Notes: a model not told the origin generated them from the sequence alone. 63,323 nucleotides of DNA, filler included, from Folioceros fuciformis (GCA_049999805.1; 5 parts of 5 records of this genome joined end to end with filler, not necessarily neighbours in it), one strand, 5' to 3'; shown: positions 23,091-36,852, counted from the first letter of the whole stretch. A program made the numbers and translations.

Positions 23091-26000
23091 TGTTAGAAAA
23101 CGGTGAATCCCAAGATAAGCCTCAACTCAGTACTTCTAGATTGGCAGCCCATGCGTATATATGTAGCCTTCAAGCATGTCTATAACTCGATAAAGGGTAA
23201 ACATTACCTCGATCGTAGTTTTATTCTAACCCTAGCATCTTGCATCTTGCTAAACTTCTTATGCTTCTTTCAAGCTAAGCATGTAGTAAGAAATCAACGG
23301 GCATGTCCTCAACTTCTTATGCTTCTTTCAAGCTAAGCATGTAGTAAGAAATCAACGGGCATGTCCTCAATAGGACAATAAACTAAAGCTATTTCCTTGG
23401 ACTTGACTTTCTCCCTGATCAAGTGATGTCTAACTTCGATGTGCTTAGTGCTTAGTTCTTGCGTGAAAAATAGCACTCTTAGCCAAATAAATATAGCCCT
23501 CATTGTCGTTGAATATGGGCGTTGCACCTAGTTGCTTGAACCCTATTTCTTCGAGCAATCGCCCAAGCCACATAACTTCCACGGTTGCAGCTGAGGCTTG
23601 AGGCTGCCATATACTCAGTCTCTTTAGAAGATAGTGTCATTGTAGGCTAGCGCCAACTACTCCATGAAATGGCTCCCCCAAATAACATGAAGGCATACCC
23701 TGTCGGAGATCTGCAAGTGTCGACATTTCCGGCCCAATCTACGTCGCAAAATCCCACAATACGGGCTTCTTCGTCCTCCTTCTTCCGATAGGTCAATGTC
23801 CAATGTTTTGTGCCCTGCAAGTATCTGAGTACTCTCTTGACGGCTTGATAATGGTGAGGTTGGGGGTTGACCAGGAATTGGCTCACAACTCCCACTGCCT
23901 ATGTGATGTCTAGCCTGGTGCTTATTGCCAAGTAAGTAAGGCAGCCAACAGCACACTGGTAGAGATTCTTATCTACTTATTCCTTCACATTGGAATCCAC
24001 CTCTTGTGATAGCTTCTCATTGTGGATCATTGGCGTCTGCATTGGTTTGCAATCCTACATCTCAAAACGCTCTAGTATGGTCCACACATATGTCTGCTGA
24101 CTTAGGGAGATTGCCCTATTGGTCCTATCTCTATTGACTTTTATTCCTATGAAATAGTTCAGCTCCCCAAGGTCTCGTACAACGAAGCTTTCTCGAAGGC
24201 CTCGCTTTGCTAAGGTCAGAAGCTCCTGATCATTGCTAACGATGATTAAATCATCCATATATATGGCAATGATGACGACAGAAGCTCCCACTCGCTTCAT
24301 GTAAATATTCCAATCAACATTGGTCTTCTTGAAATCTTTAGACTAGAAATGATCATCAAGTTTATAATACCAAGTAAGGGTAGATTGCTTAAGATCGTAA
24401 ATGGCCTTTTGCAACTTACATACTCTCGCTCTCACATCCAGGTACCACGTAGCCTTCAGGTTGCTCCATGTAGATCTCTTCATTCATATCTCCATTTAGA
24501 AAAGCGGTTTGGACATCCGTATGATGTAACTCCATATCCAAAGCAGCGGCGAAAGCAAGGAGTGGTCAGATAGAGGCTATCTTTGCAACAAGAGAGAAGG
24601 TATTTGTGTAGTCCATACCTGAAATCTGTGTATACCCTTGCCCCACTAGTCTTGCCTTGTAGCGCTCTATGCTGTCATCGGCCTTCCGCTTGATCTTGAA
24701 AGTCCACTTCGATCTTATGCACTTCCTTCCAAGAGGTAGAGGAGTAATAATCCATGTTTTGTTGGTAATGAGGGAGTTATACTCACTGTCCACAGCTTCT
24801 CTCCATTCTTTTGCCTTTGGGCCTGCGAATGCCTCCGTCAAGCTGTGGGGTTCTCCAACATCTGCAAAACACACCGCCTCACTGACACATCCATTAAAAG
24901 ATTCTATGAGCTTTTGTGACGGCTTTCGCAACCTGGTAGATCTGCGTAATGCCGATTGCGATTCTATAACTCGATAGTCTTCTTCTACTTCTTTAGTAAC
25001 ATTAGGAGTTTTTCTCTCTCCTTCCTTGATGTCACATTCTACACCTGCGGCTAGGGGTAAGACTCCAACTACGTCTTCAACCACAATGATGTCAGGAGTG
25101 TCTCTCCCTCCCCCCTATGTCGCAAGGTTAAGAAGAGTCGACAGGCATCGGAGCAGAAATCACACCGTAGTCTTCAACAGACCTAGAGGAAGCCAACAAG
25201 GGAGGAGATGAAGCTCCCACTTCAGTTGTAGCCTCGGCAACCTCTTGAAAAACAACATCCCTGCTAAAAATGACCTTCTTCGTAGTNNNNNNNNNNNNNN
25301 NNNNNNNNNNNNNNNNNNNNNNNNNNNNNNNNNNNNNNNNNNNNNNNNNNNNNNNNNNNNNNNNNNNNNNNNNNNNNNNNNNNNNNGACACTTCGTACCA
25401 TTAGGATCCCATTTGGTCTGGCTCGCCTTTGGAACACGAGCATAGACCACGGAACCAAAAACCCTAAAATGTCGAACATCAGGTTTGATACCAGACCATG
25501 CTTCCTCTGGCGTCATATCGGGTACGGCCTTTGTCAAAACCCTATTCAACACGTAGGTTTTCGTCATGACAACCTCACCCCAAAAATTGACCTACAGCCA
25601 CTGAGAAACAACATGCACTTGGCTGCTTCCACAAGGCTCCGTATCTTCCGCTTTGCAACTCCATTTTGCTGCAGAGTGTGCGGAATCTTGAGTTGCCGTT
25701 AAATGCCGTTCTCCTTACAAAAGACCTGGAACTGAGAAAAAACATATTCACCTACATTATTGCTCCTAAGCGTCTTAAGGTGTTCACCATGTTCGATCTC
25801 GACCGAAGTCTTCCAGTCCTTGAAAGTCTGGAACACTTGGGATTTCTCCTTCAAAAGATAAGTCCACATCTTTCGTGTAAAATCGTTGACAAAGATGAGC
25901 ATGTAGCGGTTCCCACCCTGGATAGGGTTCCTCATGGGCCCACTTACGTCAGTGTGGACTAATTCCAATGCCTTTTGCGTGCAATGTGCCTCATCAACTT

Positions 26001-27415
26001 GAGTTTGTCTGCTCTAATGTGGCCCAAACATTGATGCCATAAGTCGACAAACCCAATGTTGTCGTGTGAACTAGTTAGGAACGTACAAGCTTGTTGTCCC
26101 AGGGAAGCACAAAGTTTGTACAGATTGCCCACATGAACACCTCGAGCAGTCACGTGTGACTGCTCAGGTTGTACAAGTTGGATGCAACAACCTGCAGAGT
26201 TGAACACGACTTCATGACCTACATCTGCAATCCGCACAACAGAAAGGAGATTCCTCGCAAGATAGGGTACATGATGCACATCCTCAATACTTGTAGAGGT
26301 TGCAAATGAACTCATAAGACTCCTTTCCCCTCGATATCATGTGACATATTGTCACCGAGTGCCATCGTATGGCCCTTTGGGAGTCATGTGTAGTTGGTGA
26401 CCCAGGGAAGGTGGTAGCTGTAATGTTGAGATGCAGTAGAGTTAAGATAAAGACTCTCATCCTTCTACGATGAAGTAGCTCGATCCCTGTCCGTGGAGCA
26501 CACAAAAGTTTGTTCTTGTTGAGTCGGCTCACTCACTTGATTGGCTTGAGATGATTTGTCCTTTTTCAACTCGTCTGCCAATTTGGTTCTGCATTCTTTT
26601 GCATGATGACCTGGCTTCCTGCAATAATAGAAAGATCCTTTCACCGTACTGCTAGTACTGTCGTTCTTCGTCTCGTCCGTTGACTTGGACTTGTACTCGT
26701 CCTTAGACTTGGACTTCGCTTTTGCTTTGCCTTTCTTGGAGAAGAGAACTGCATCATCAGTCTTCGCTTGTTTGGGTGAAATCTCCAACTCCTCCTGCAA
26801 AAGCAACCCAACCACCTCATCCAATGACGGTGGGTTGTCGCTTGGACGCATTGCCATCAATGTCCTGAAAGCCGACACGAAGGGCTTGTAAGTTGATGGT
26901 AAGCTACTCAACAACTGTACGAGGATCCTTTCGTCGGTCGATTTGATGTCCATCGTCTTCATTTGGTCCACCAAGGTCTTCAACTTGTTGACATGTCATT
27001 GTATGGTGTCACCTTCGGCCATCTTGAAGTTCGCAAGTTGTTGCTCCAACAGCATCGCACTCACCATACTTCTCTTTCCGTATGTGTTGTAGAGGGTGAT
27101 CCAAGCTTCTCTCGATGTTGCACATTCGCTGAACAGAGAGAGAATGTTGTCTGAGACATTCAACAGGATTGTTGCCAACACTCGTCCATCCTTGTCAAGG
27201 TCTATTTTTATGGGTATATCATCGAGGTCCCTTATTGACAAATTTCCAAAATCCTTTCTCAGTGAGAAGCATCTTCGTCTTCACCTTCCACAATGTGAAG
27301 TTCTTGCCTCCGAACTTCTCCACCACACGAGTTTCAAGAAAACGTGTCTTTATGCTTGTGTCCTTCACGGCCAAACAAGATCACGTCCTTGCACCGATAA
27401 CTATCACCAAGCTCC
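23091..27415 (-). mobile_element. Decayed Ty1/Copia LTR retrotransposon (gag-protease-integrase-RT-RNaseH with stops and frameshifts)
   Basis: Gag (QLLSSLPSTY, decayed zinc knuckle CRKPGHHAKEC), LWHQCLGH, integrase LVHTDVSGP, RT KWTFKIK..RYKARLVGQGYTQ..DY and YMDDLII, RNaseH GFCDVDWAG..TKHIEVRHH. Possible short 3' LTR TGTT..AACA at 23091-23213 (weak support). The 5' end is cut by a linker. Confidence 0.92.
23253..23368. repeat. 58-bp exact tandem duplication at the Copia RNaseH end
   Basis: AACTTCTTATGCTTCTTTCAAGCTAAGCATGTAGTAAGAAATCAACGGGCATGTCCTC at 23253 and 23311. Confidence 0.85.
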
Positions 27416-27515
27416 NNNNNNNNNNNNNNNNNNNNNNNNNNNNNNNNNNNNNNNNNNNNTTAATTAATTAANNNNNNNNNNNNNNNNNNNNNNNNNNNNN
27501 NNNNNNNNNNNNNNN
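27416..27515. other. Artificial contig linker (44N-TTAATTAATTAA-44N)
   Basis: The same 100-nt structure recurs four times; TTAATTAATTAA gives stops in all six frames. Confidence 0.95.
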
Positions 27516-27520
27516 CAAGG

Positions 27521-28136
27521 TGTAATGACCAGGGTGTAGGGGCTTGCCCCTAGCTCTTGATTGTAAAGGATGTGTCTTTCTCTCAACCTGTCCACTCTTG
27601 TTCCTTGCTTGGTCAAGTGTTGTAGGCCGGCCATGTCTCATGGTGTCTGGTAAGGTTGTAGGGGGGAGATACCCAAGAGGGGAGTGTGTTCCCTTCTTCC
27701 TTTTGTTTGGGGTTAGTTTAGTGACTCTTGCCGGGTAGGAGGAGTCCGTAGGGAAGTGTAGAAGGTAGTGGTGTCGTTGCTGGTTGCTGGTAGTTGCTGG
27801 TGTTGGTGCTGGAGTGAGAGAGTGAGTGAGGTGTGTGAGGGAAGACGCAGATCTGAGAGGTTAGAGTCGTTGTAGTGACTGGAGTGAGTTTGTGGGCACC
27901 GAGAGAGGTGCAGCTGACCGCCGGACAGCGAGGCCTGTCCTACGCCTGATCGGAGCTGGAGGGGAGCCCTCGAATCCGTCATCGAGTCGATCAAGTCCGA
28001 CCCTCCATCCACAGCAGCAAGGAACCCCATCGCTCCTTCGTGGGAACGAAACCCAATGTCTCAACGACAGTGGGATAAGTGTGGCCACTAAAGGTGGAAC
28101 CCGTTGGTGATCGGTGCCCGGGATTTTGCCTCCACA
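27521..28136. mobile_element. Possible LTR (~616 bp) of another element interrupting the Copia protease region
   Basis: Begins TGTAATGACC and ends CCTCCACA where the Copia protease reading (..VFTLDHVLYVP) loses similarity. No TSD or partner LTR is visible. Confidence 0.3.
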
Positions 28137-30655
28137 TAGGTACATACAATACATGGTCAAGGGTGAACACAGTGTTATTGGCAAGTCAAAATGAACAGGT
28201 GCCAGTTCCAAGTATCATGAGGCCAATATGAGTAAGCTCATCACCTAGCAGCACTCTCTCAACTACACTAGCTGATGTGAAGTTACTCATTAAAGTCTTG
28301 TCCTTGCATATGTGTGAGGTAGCTCCTGAATCGAGGTACCAACTGTCATAGTCACTAATGGAAGTGGAGAGACAAACAATCATAACCACAGGGTGCTTAG
28401 AAGTGCTGGCCGAAGTAGGCCAATCCTTGGTGACGGAGTGTGCCTCAGCCTGTTTGAAGAGCTTCTCGGCTTTCCGTGGTTCACCAGATTCCTTCTTTCT
28501 GCATTCCCTTTCCCAGTGACCCTGAGCACCACACCAATTGCAAGAACCTAATCGCTTGTGCTGTCCTGTCTTCGCAATCCCAAAGGCAGGAAGGTTTTTA
28601 TTTTTTTGTGGTTTTCCTTTTGATGCATACAAGACTTTGTCTGTCTTTGTGTGTCCCGGGCCATGATGAGTAGCCTTGCTTTGCTCTTCTTGAAATAGTG
28701 CACCAACTACATCTGTGAAACTGATGGTGCTTGGTCGCCTTGCAGTTATAGCCGCTCCTACATGACGGAGAGAAGCTCCGTAGCTAGAAACGAAGGGCTG
28801 ATAACTTGCAGGCAGGCTTGTTAAGAGTTGAGCAACAGCATCAAGTTCACTCGTGGTGGAATCGAGTGAAATCAGCTGAGAGCGGAGATGATTGAACTTG
28901 CCAACAAAGGTTGCTGCCTTCTCGCCTTCTCTCATTCTCAAGGAGAACAGCTCTCCACTAACAACACATAAGGTAAGAATGTTCTTCACCTCATATGTTT
29001 GTGAGAGCTGATTCCATATCTCAGATGCCTTAGTCAGATAAGCAACATCTGGAACCAGCACTTCATCAAGACCACTTATCAGAAAGGCACGGGGAATGTT
29101 GTTTGCGTTGCCCCATCGTTCCTTTTCTGCATCAGTCGCCATTAGGCCTGGTGGAGGCAGAGCTCCGAATACCACACTCCAACATTTCGCACCTCGAGAG
29201 CAGAACGCATCCTAACACTCCAAACCTCGTATTTAGTCCCATTAAAGCGATCCTTCTCCTTGAAATCGGTTGTGTATGCAGGTTGCATGAAAGCAGTTGG
29301 TGGGAAACTAGGTGGCGAGGTGTTCGCTATCTCTGGGTGCCAGGCGTGTCAGGAGGAGGTGGCGGTGATGAGGATGTAGACGGTGTGGAGCTCATTGCTA
29401 AGGATGACCGTCATTCCTTATTTCATTTTTTTGAGTAGAAAAGGGGAACCTCTACTCTCCAAACACACTGTTGGTTGGAAAGTCAGCCGGCTCGCGACAA
29501 GGAAAGTAAGCTCTCCTCCTTCCAACCTATTCACCGCCTGGGGTTACATGTTTTTGAAACGCTACAGAGTAGAACTTGCAGGACTCGTCATTCATGACGA
29601 TACATATCTGAAGTCACAACCCCCTTCACACGGTTACAAATCTGTGTATGCAGAGGGCGCCACCCCTTACAGGATCTGACTCTTGCAAATCGTCTGTGCT
29701 TAGGTGGCTGGATGAAACGCTGCGCATGTTATCGGCAAGCAACGGTTGGCAGCTCCCAGTTTTGCAGAAGAAATCTAGAGAATCCTAGCACGGGCTTCCA
29801 CTGCCTGAAGAATTATACAGATCTTAGAAATTTGAAGATCGCGAGCACCCGCTTTGCGATCTTGCTTTATTTCCTCCTTCTGTCTGCTGAAGCAGGAAGG
29901 CACTTGTAGCTCATTTGACGAATGATTGTGCCCAAGAAGATCTGTAGGCAAGGAAGGAAAAAATTGCTTAGATAGACAACAACGTTCGCAACGTTCCACT
30001 GATCTGGTAGGGTTCAATTTCCTTCATGATGAAAGAACCTCGTGCTGGCAAGTGCTAAGCAAATTTTGGCTTTTTGTTGATGCAAGGTTCCGCCCAACTG
30101 CAACAGATGTCTTGGTGGGCTGAAAAGAGTCAACGGCCTTTCTATAAGCTTCGTTTCTGACGCGAGCCTGCCAGCATGCTCTGCGTCTCGGCATCTTCAA
30201 GGACGTAACCCTTTCGTAGCCAGTTTAATCGCAGCGGAAATTAATGCGGTTTCTTTGTTGATTATCAAAATTCTAAAATAGTGTAGGCGGTGAAGCCTTG
30301 CTGGGCACAGAAACCAGAAGCCATCAAGGATGATGACTACTGGGTCCTGAGCCCAGTTGAAGGTTTCGCCATTGGCATCTGCAAGTTTACAACAAAGAAA
30401 CTCTTTGTGATTTAGTTAGATCAGAACCCAATTGGGCTCTAATATCATGACAAAAGTCTTCATTTTGTGTTGTAAGCGTAGGAGAGGTGTAGTCCTAGCA
30501 ACACAACAAGTAGACTAAAATAATAAAATGTATGTAACAAAAATGTATATTATATGTGTCAATTGGGCTTGGTGCCCCTTTACTCTATAAGTGTAAGTTA
30601 ATATGAAACACTATGTACTTAGCATATAATTAATCAACGATTACTTATCCTAACA
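28137..30655 (-). mobile_element. 5' part of a Ty1/Copia element: LTR, degenerate tRNA-Met PBS, ~1 kb leader, gag-protease
   Basis: LTR 30448-30655 (minus strand TGTTAG..TTGTCA). PBS TGATATTAGAGCCC at 30447-30434 resembles TGGTATCAGAGC. Gag zinc knuckle CNWCGAQGHWEREC; protease WYLDSGATSHIC. Confidence 0.85.
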
Positions 30656-30803
30656 CCTACCAGGCACCCGCTCACATGTATCGTGGCCACATCAATCCCA
30701 CGGTCATTGTAGGCTTCCTCGAAATCGCTCCCCTCTAAGCTTGGTCAGCGACGTATATCATTCCCCTACAATAGTCAACCCTCCCAATCATGTACCTATC
30801 AAT

Positions 30804-31240
30804 CCTGCAACATGTCCAGTCAATAGGTAGGCACCATTCCTTCACTTGGAAGGGCCCCAATACCTCCCCCTACTGATTTCTACCTCCCTACACTCAATAC
30901 CTTTTCCTCACAAGGCTCGCTACAACACCTTCCTCAACCCACAATCTAGCTGCTCGTCTCCCTACGCCCAACGACAAAGTTTTCCTCCGAACTTACTCCT
31001 CTCCCTCCAACTGTGTTTATCACTCACCTTCGACATTCAACCTTCCCTAGCGCATACCTTCAACACGTCCAGTCAGTAGGAAGGCACCATTTCTTCACTT
31101 GGAAGGGCCCTAGTACCTTCCCCTACCGATTTCTAACCACCTACACTCAATACCTTTTCCTCACAAGTCTCCTCACAACACCTTCCACAACGATCTAATT
31201 GCTCGTCTCCCTACGGCCAACGACCAACAAGTTTTTCCTT
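30804..31240. repeat. Diverged direct repeat, ~180-bp homologous blocks with ~254-bp period
   Basis: GTCCAGTCA..GGCACCATT..CTTCACTTGGAAGGGCCC..CCTACACTCAATACCTTTTCCTCACAAG..GCTCGTCTCCCTACG occurs at ~30804-30985 and ~31058-31240. Confidence 0.8.
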
Positions 31241-31265
31241 GGGCCGGTTGTTGCGTGCTTGCGCT

Positions 31266-33482
31266 TGTTAGCGAGAACTTCTAGGAAGTCTTTCCTTGGA
31301 GTCTATGTAAATAAATATAGCGGAAGTGGTCTTAGACAAAACACACACGAAATGCACAAGAGCGAATTTAATTAATAAAGCACAAAAGGTCTTTAAATAC
31401 AAAACTGTGTGTAACCCTAAGTTACATAAATAACACTATTTAATTATAACCCAAGAGCAGGGTTAAATCTATTTACTAACACTCCCTCTCAACCCAAGCG
31501 CGTGTTAAAGCAGCAGAGCATAGCTTGAGCGTGCAAATCATTAAGTATAAGGGCGGCCAGCTCCTCGCGGCAGTCCCATCGAATTCCTCTGTACAGACAC
31601 GGAGACCACGCCCACGCCTGCTGAGTCATGGAGCCTCCTACTTGTAGTTCTCATCGCCACGATCCTTCCGGCAGCAATTGTGGTGAAGAGCACAATGGCG
31701 AGATCGAAGCACTGCGGGCTCACCAGCCAGGAACGGCCTCGATCACCAAGGGAGCAGGAGGTGACTCTCTACAGCACAGACGAGGAGGACAGTGACCAGC
31801 CAGCTCGCACACAAGAGTCTAGACAGGAACATGGTGACGGCAGACAAAGGACAGCTCAGCACATGGCTCCTGGTGGCCTAACCAAGCTGATATAAACCAC
31901 CGATGGCATCTCCTCAAGACCTTGGAGAAGTGCGACGAGTTGAAGACTGTTCTGGATTCTGCAAAGGAAAGGACAAGGGAGCTGGAGGAACTTATGCAAA
32001 AGACGCCATCCACGGACATCCTGGCTCATCCTTTGACTTCAGCCGAATGCCGAGAAGTCATCAGAAAGCTAGGGCTCCTTGGATACACATACCGCCCACC
32101 GGTCTGAAAAACTGGTAAGTCTCTGATTTGTTGTTTCGCAACTCACTTTCTATACTTGGCAGCATCCACGATTAAGTGTAGCAACTAAGCTTCATCCACT
32201 GAATGCTCCAAGTAACCTGTACTGACACTCATCCGTATGCAACATAAAATAGAAGGACAGCACGAGTACATGCCTTGTCCATAAAGGGACCGAAGACACT
32301 TAGCCGAAGATTGGTCCTTGCGAGAACATGTCATTTTCTTGACAGCTGTCCTGTTTGCTGCATTAGGTATAAATTTCCTGCTTTAGGCATAGTGAAAACT
32401 CTAAGCCCAAGGGCTGCAAGGTGCTTGTAGTGTTTAAGCTTGGACAAGCCTTTTGTAAGGACATCAGCTATGTTCTCATCAGTACTAGTGTATTGCACCT
32501 TTACTATGCCTCTTTCAGCCACATCATGGATGCAATGGTGATAGAGTTCAATGTGTTTAGTCCTTGCATGAAAGCGAGGATTTGACACAAGAGCTATGGC
32601 GGACATATTGTCACACAAGAGTAGAGTTGGACCTTCCTGTGGTAAGTTGATTGAGTCCAGAAACTGTCTCTCCCATTCTAATTCCTTGCATGCGTTTGTT
32701 AGGGCTTTATACTCGGCTTCCGTGGACGAGAGGGCAAGTGAGGTCTGCTTCTTGCACGACCAATTAACAGCACCCTTGGCCAACAAGAACACATGTGCTG
32801 AAAGACTCTTCCGAGAATCGGAGTCAGAAGCCCAATCAGCATCTGCATACGAGGTAAGTGTGAACTCCCTCTTACTGCTGCACACGTAGTGGAGACCATA
32901 GTCCATTGTTCCTCTAAGGTACCTGTAAATACGCTTGATAGCACCCCAATGGGCCTTGCCAGGTGACTGCAAGAACTGAGCTACTATACTCACAGCATAG
33001 CTAATTTTAGGACGTGTCCAGTTCGCCAAAAATATTAAACACCCTACAGCTTCAGCATATGGAACACCAGTCATCAAGGCCTGCTCATCAGCACTCTGAA
33101 GAGACTGTTCCAGGGTAAGTTTTTCCCCCACTGCTGTAGGTGTTGCAACTGACTTAGCTAACTCAAGATGAAAACGTTTTAATATCTCCTTCACGTACTT
33201 GGTCTGATGCAAGATGATAGTTCCCTACTGCTGATCTCGAAGAATCTGGATACCCAGACAGTACTGAAGAGGACCTTGGTCAGTCATCTCAAATTCAGAA
33301 CTAAGGAGAGCCTTGACCTTGTCCATTTGTGCCAAGCTATTGGTCAATAGGATGGCATCGTCAACATAGAGTGCAAGAATTACGAACAGATCACCCGCAG
33401 CAAGGTAAAAAACATTGCTATCCGCTGATGACTGTACAAAGCCATTTGCCCTTAAGAACTTCATAATGCGCTTATACCAAGC
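31266..33482 (-). mobile_element. 3' part of a Ty1/Copia element: RT-RNaseH, long 3' region, PPT and 216-bp 3' LTR
   Basis: LYVDDAIL, YADADWASD.DSRKS, LSSTEAEY, FHARTKHIELYHH, ADVLTKGL. PPT TTGAGAGGGAG at 31492-31482. LTR 31266-31481 has perfect TGTTAG..CTAACA termini. Confidence 0.92.
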
Positions 33483-33582
33483 NNNNNNNNNNNNNNNNNN
33501 NNNNNNNNNNNNNNNNNNNNNNNNNNTTAATTAATTAANNNNNNNNNNNNNNNNNNNNNNNNNNNNNNNNNNNNNNNNNNNN
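33483..33582. other. Artificial contig linker
   Basis: 44N-TTAATTAATTAA-44N. Confidence 0.95.
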
Positions 33583-34352
33583 AACACCTAAAACCACCCA
33601 TTCGTGTAGCGAGAGGCGGCCAATTCTTACATACACAAAAAGCGCTGAAGCCGTCATGCACAAAGTGTGGTTTCTAAAGAGATCCTCACCAAAGAATATG
33701 CTCTTCCCCCCTTGTGCATGACATGACAACCCTGCTTGCTTCCCCAGGATTGGCTTTCTTTCTAATATAGAGGACCAAGAAAAACGAATGATTTACTCAA
33801 TGAACATGCAATGGGGTGTGTTATGTCAGAGATAACGCGTTATGTAGAGGATATTCTGGTTTCCATCCGCTGGTGTTGTGTGGATATTTTCACCTAGCAC
33901 CTGCCTCAGGTGACAGGTTCGTGCTATGGCTCACGTGACCGGCTTTGGACGCCTGTCATGCAGACGGTGAGTGTTGGCACACAGGCATCTCTGCACATGG
34001 TGAGTGGGGAGGAGAGGAGGGAGCCATTAGTGTCGCACTGATACTAGGCTTCAGGGGGTCGTGGAGTGATGCATTAGAGACGTTTGCGCTTACCGGAAAA
34101 AGGATGGCAATGTGAAGCGGAGGGTGACAATGGCCTGGCATTCATCCGATGCCACGTGGCATTTCCTCCTCTCAGCACCGTCCTGCCGCGCGCGTAACCG
34201 TGCGGGTTCTGCGTAAGCGGCTGATGCGAAGGGTGAAGGCAGGTGATGAGCTGCGTCCCATGAGGTGCGACCGCTTGCGTCATGGAAGCTTGCACAAATT
34301 TTCGGATTTTGAAGTCGCTAAGATATTTCCTTGCGTTGCTTTTCTGGAGGAA

Positions 34353-34505
34353 TCAGATGGAGTGACCTGGAACGGCAAGGCACTGGTGAGTGGATGCACT
34401 GCACTGCAGGAACCAGATGGAGAGAGCTGAAACTGCAAGGCACTGACGAGTGGATGCACTGCGGTAATCAGATGTAGAGAGCTGAAACTGCAAGGCACTG
34501 ATGAG
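34353..34505. repeat. Degenerate ~57-62-bp tandem repeat, about 2.5 copies
   Basis: Recurring CAGATG.AGAGAGCTGAAACTGCAAGGCACTG..GAGTGGATGCACTGC units. Confidence 0.7.
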
Positions 34506-36852
34506 AAGGAAGGACTGTGCAGTGGCTGTCGCTCTCCGTCAGCATAAGGCGAAGACTCGCCGTCTGCTTTAAGCCTTTCGAAGAAACAGATGTCTGGACT
34601 GTATCTCGGTGGAATCGGCTTGTGTCGAGAGAGCGGAAGAGAGCGCCTCAATGTCAGGACATTTGTAGATGTCTACCTAGGTGCCAGCAATGCGGATACG
34701 AAAGTTGTATATCCTGGGTTTCATGTGACTCTCTCATCAGGTGCCCTAGTTGGACTGTAGCCGTAACAGCCTGGCTCTGTTGCAGCGAAGATTGTTGCCT
34801 TTTTTGAGGACGCGAGGCAGGACAGGGAACCTGTTTATCGCTCCAAACAATTGCAAGTTGCAAGTTGCTACATATAGCTTCAGGGGTCCCCCATAGTGCA
34901 GACAGGGGGGAAGGGCGTACATACGTACTTGTCTCCCCATCCGTGGAATAGCCGGAAATAGTGGTACCAAATTCCTGCACAGGTACGCCTTATCCCTTTG
35001 CTGATGTTGCTGATGTGAAGCGCTATTTGTCTCGACGTAGTGCTTCCTTTGTCGTCTTGTCCCAAGCATCCCTTCCGCTTCCTCGTCCCAGACTCGAGTT
35101 CCTGATGAACATGGTCGTTTGGCTTCCTCAGCATGGAATGCAAGATTGGCAATGGCCAATGAAAACAAAGTTATTAAAAGGAAAGTAAGTCGGTGAAGCT
35201 CAGCCTGCTCAGCTGGAGGCAGAGGTGGGGGTCAGGATGCACAACTACACGTGGGGAAAGTCAAGCCGGTGGTCCCCGCTATCGAAAGACAAGGGCAGAG
35301 GGATGTGGAGTACTGTACGCTGGTGGGCAAGCTAACATGCTGCCACATACATACGTACGTAGTTCGGTACAAAGTTCACATGGTTTCTTCGCCTTCTCCG
35401 GCCCAGGCCCTGGTCCAGGCCCCGGAGTATTCGAAGGCAGCATATTCTGCATGCCTGGCATGAGAAGGCAGCCTGCTCCGCACTCGTGGCAGGAGAAGGG
35501 GGAGGAAGATGAAGGATTCTATGAAAGCGGTTTCTAGGACGGATTTCCGTCATGGGACCTCGTTCTCAAAAACTTGTACCTTGGATGGGATCCCTGCCTA
35601 TTTAAGCCACCTCTCCAAAGGGCTTTCTTGCCGGCACCCCATCTAAGGATCGACCTTGGGGCAGGATGTATAATACCAGAATCCTCATAAATTGTGTCCA
35701 TTTGCCGTCCCAAAGTTCTTATAAATGTGTGTTCAATCAGTATATGCCATTTTTGGACACGGAGGAATGTGAAGTACTACGAGGGTGGGCGATGGTGAAG
35801 ACCACTGAACCTAGATGAGAACACATAGTGTGAAATGTACGCCAGATTGTTATGTGAATTCATGATATTGTACCTCGAACCCAGCACCAGGTCCTCTCGG
35901 AGCCCCTCTTCCAGCTCTTCATCCATCGCCAATTTCTTTACCCTGAGGTTTCGTGTGCAATCTGCAGCAGCTGCCATCACACTCAAAGCTGCGAAACATT
36001 GTACATCCTTTTTCCATGGATGTAAGGCCTTGGAGCTCCAGGAGAAGATCACCCTGACTACATCAGATGCACAGAGTGATTCTCCTTCCAGTCCTGAAGG
36101 AGCATTGGATGGTTAGATCAAGAAACAATCGCCAGGCAGGGTTTAGGGTTTAATTGCCATGTGGTCGAGTGTAGGCTGTCCACCCATACATGGCATTCCC
36201 GCGCGCGAGTGACCCCAAGTTGCTGTCCGCACAGCGCCATCTATGAGACGAGGAGAAGATAGTGCACTTAATTTATGTCAGCTCCTCTGGACAGTGACAA
36301 TCACCGACAGAATGACATGTCTACCTGCAACGCTTCAACTAGGTCCTCAGAAAGAGTGTTAGGAGGATGGATGAGCTTGGAAAGTTTCAGGTGACGCTCG
36401 TGTGCTTGTAGCAGACAATCAACCAGCCCAATGTGTCCTACATTTATAGCCATCAGCAACTGCTGTATAGCATGCCTTGCCATGACACGACGGGAAGGGC
36501 ATGACACCTGCACCGATGACAGTTCCGGTTGATTGTGAACTGTGTCTGGCTAGGGCAAAATTCCTTTGGCTTGTATTTGCTCATACGAGCTGTTACGCAG
36601 AATCCGAGTACCCCTCCTACTTTAACAAGACTATGCTCAACAAGACATCAGGATCAGAATCCTCAACACCAAAGGAACATCAGGCTGAACTGACCCAGCT
36701 ACAGTGGTGGAGGAAATGGGGTACGAGGCCCAAGCCGAGCGGAGCATCCGGTAGACGTTACGAGGAGGACACTCCATCAGAAGCCACGATCCAGACGTTA
36801 CCCTAATTGTTCGCTCTGTTGTCATCGTGATGTTGGTGTCGCGTCTTTCTCC

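Noticed and set aside
36138-36152. AGGGTTTAGGGTTTA as an interstitial telomere
   Set aside because: Only two units; better explained as an ordinary telo-box.
33583-36800. Short ORFs, including Cys-rich frames at 35280-35550
   Set aside because: No coherent gene model or recognisable domain; the CxxC pattern comes from a 31-bp local duplication in different frames.
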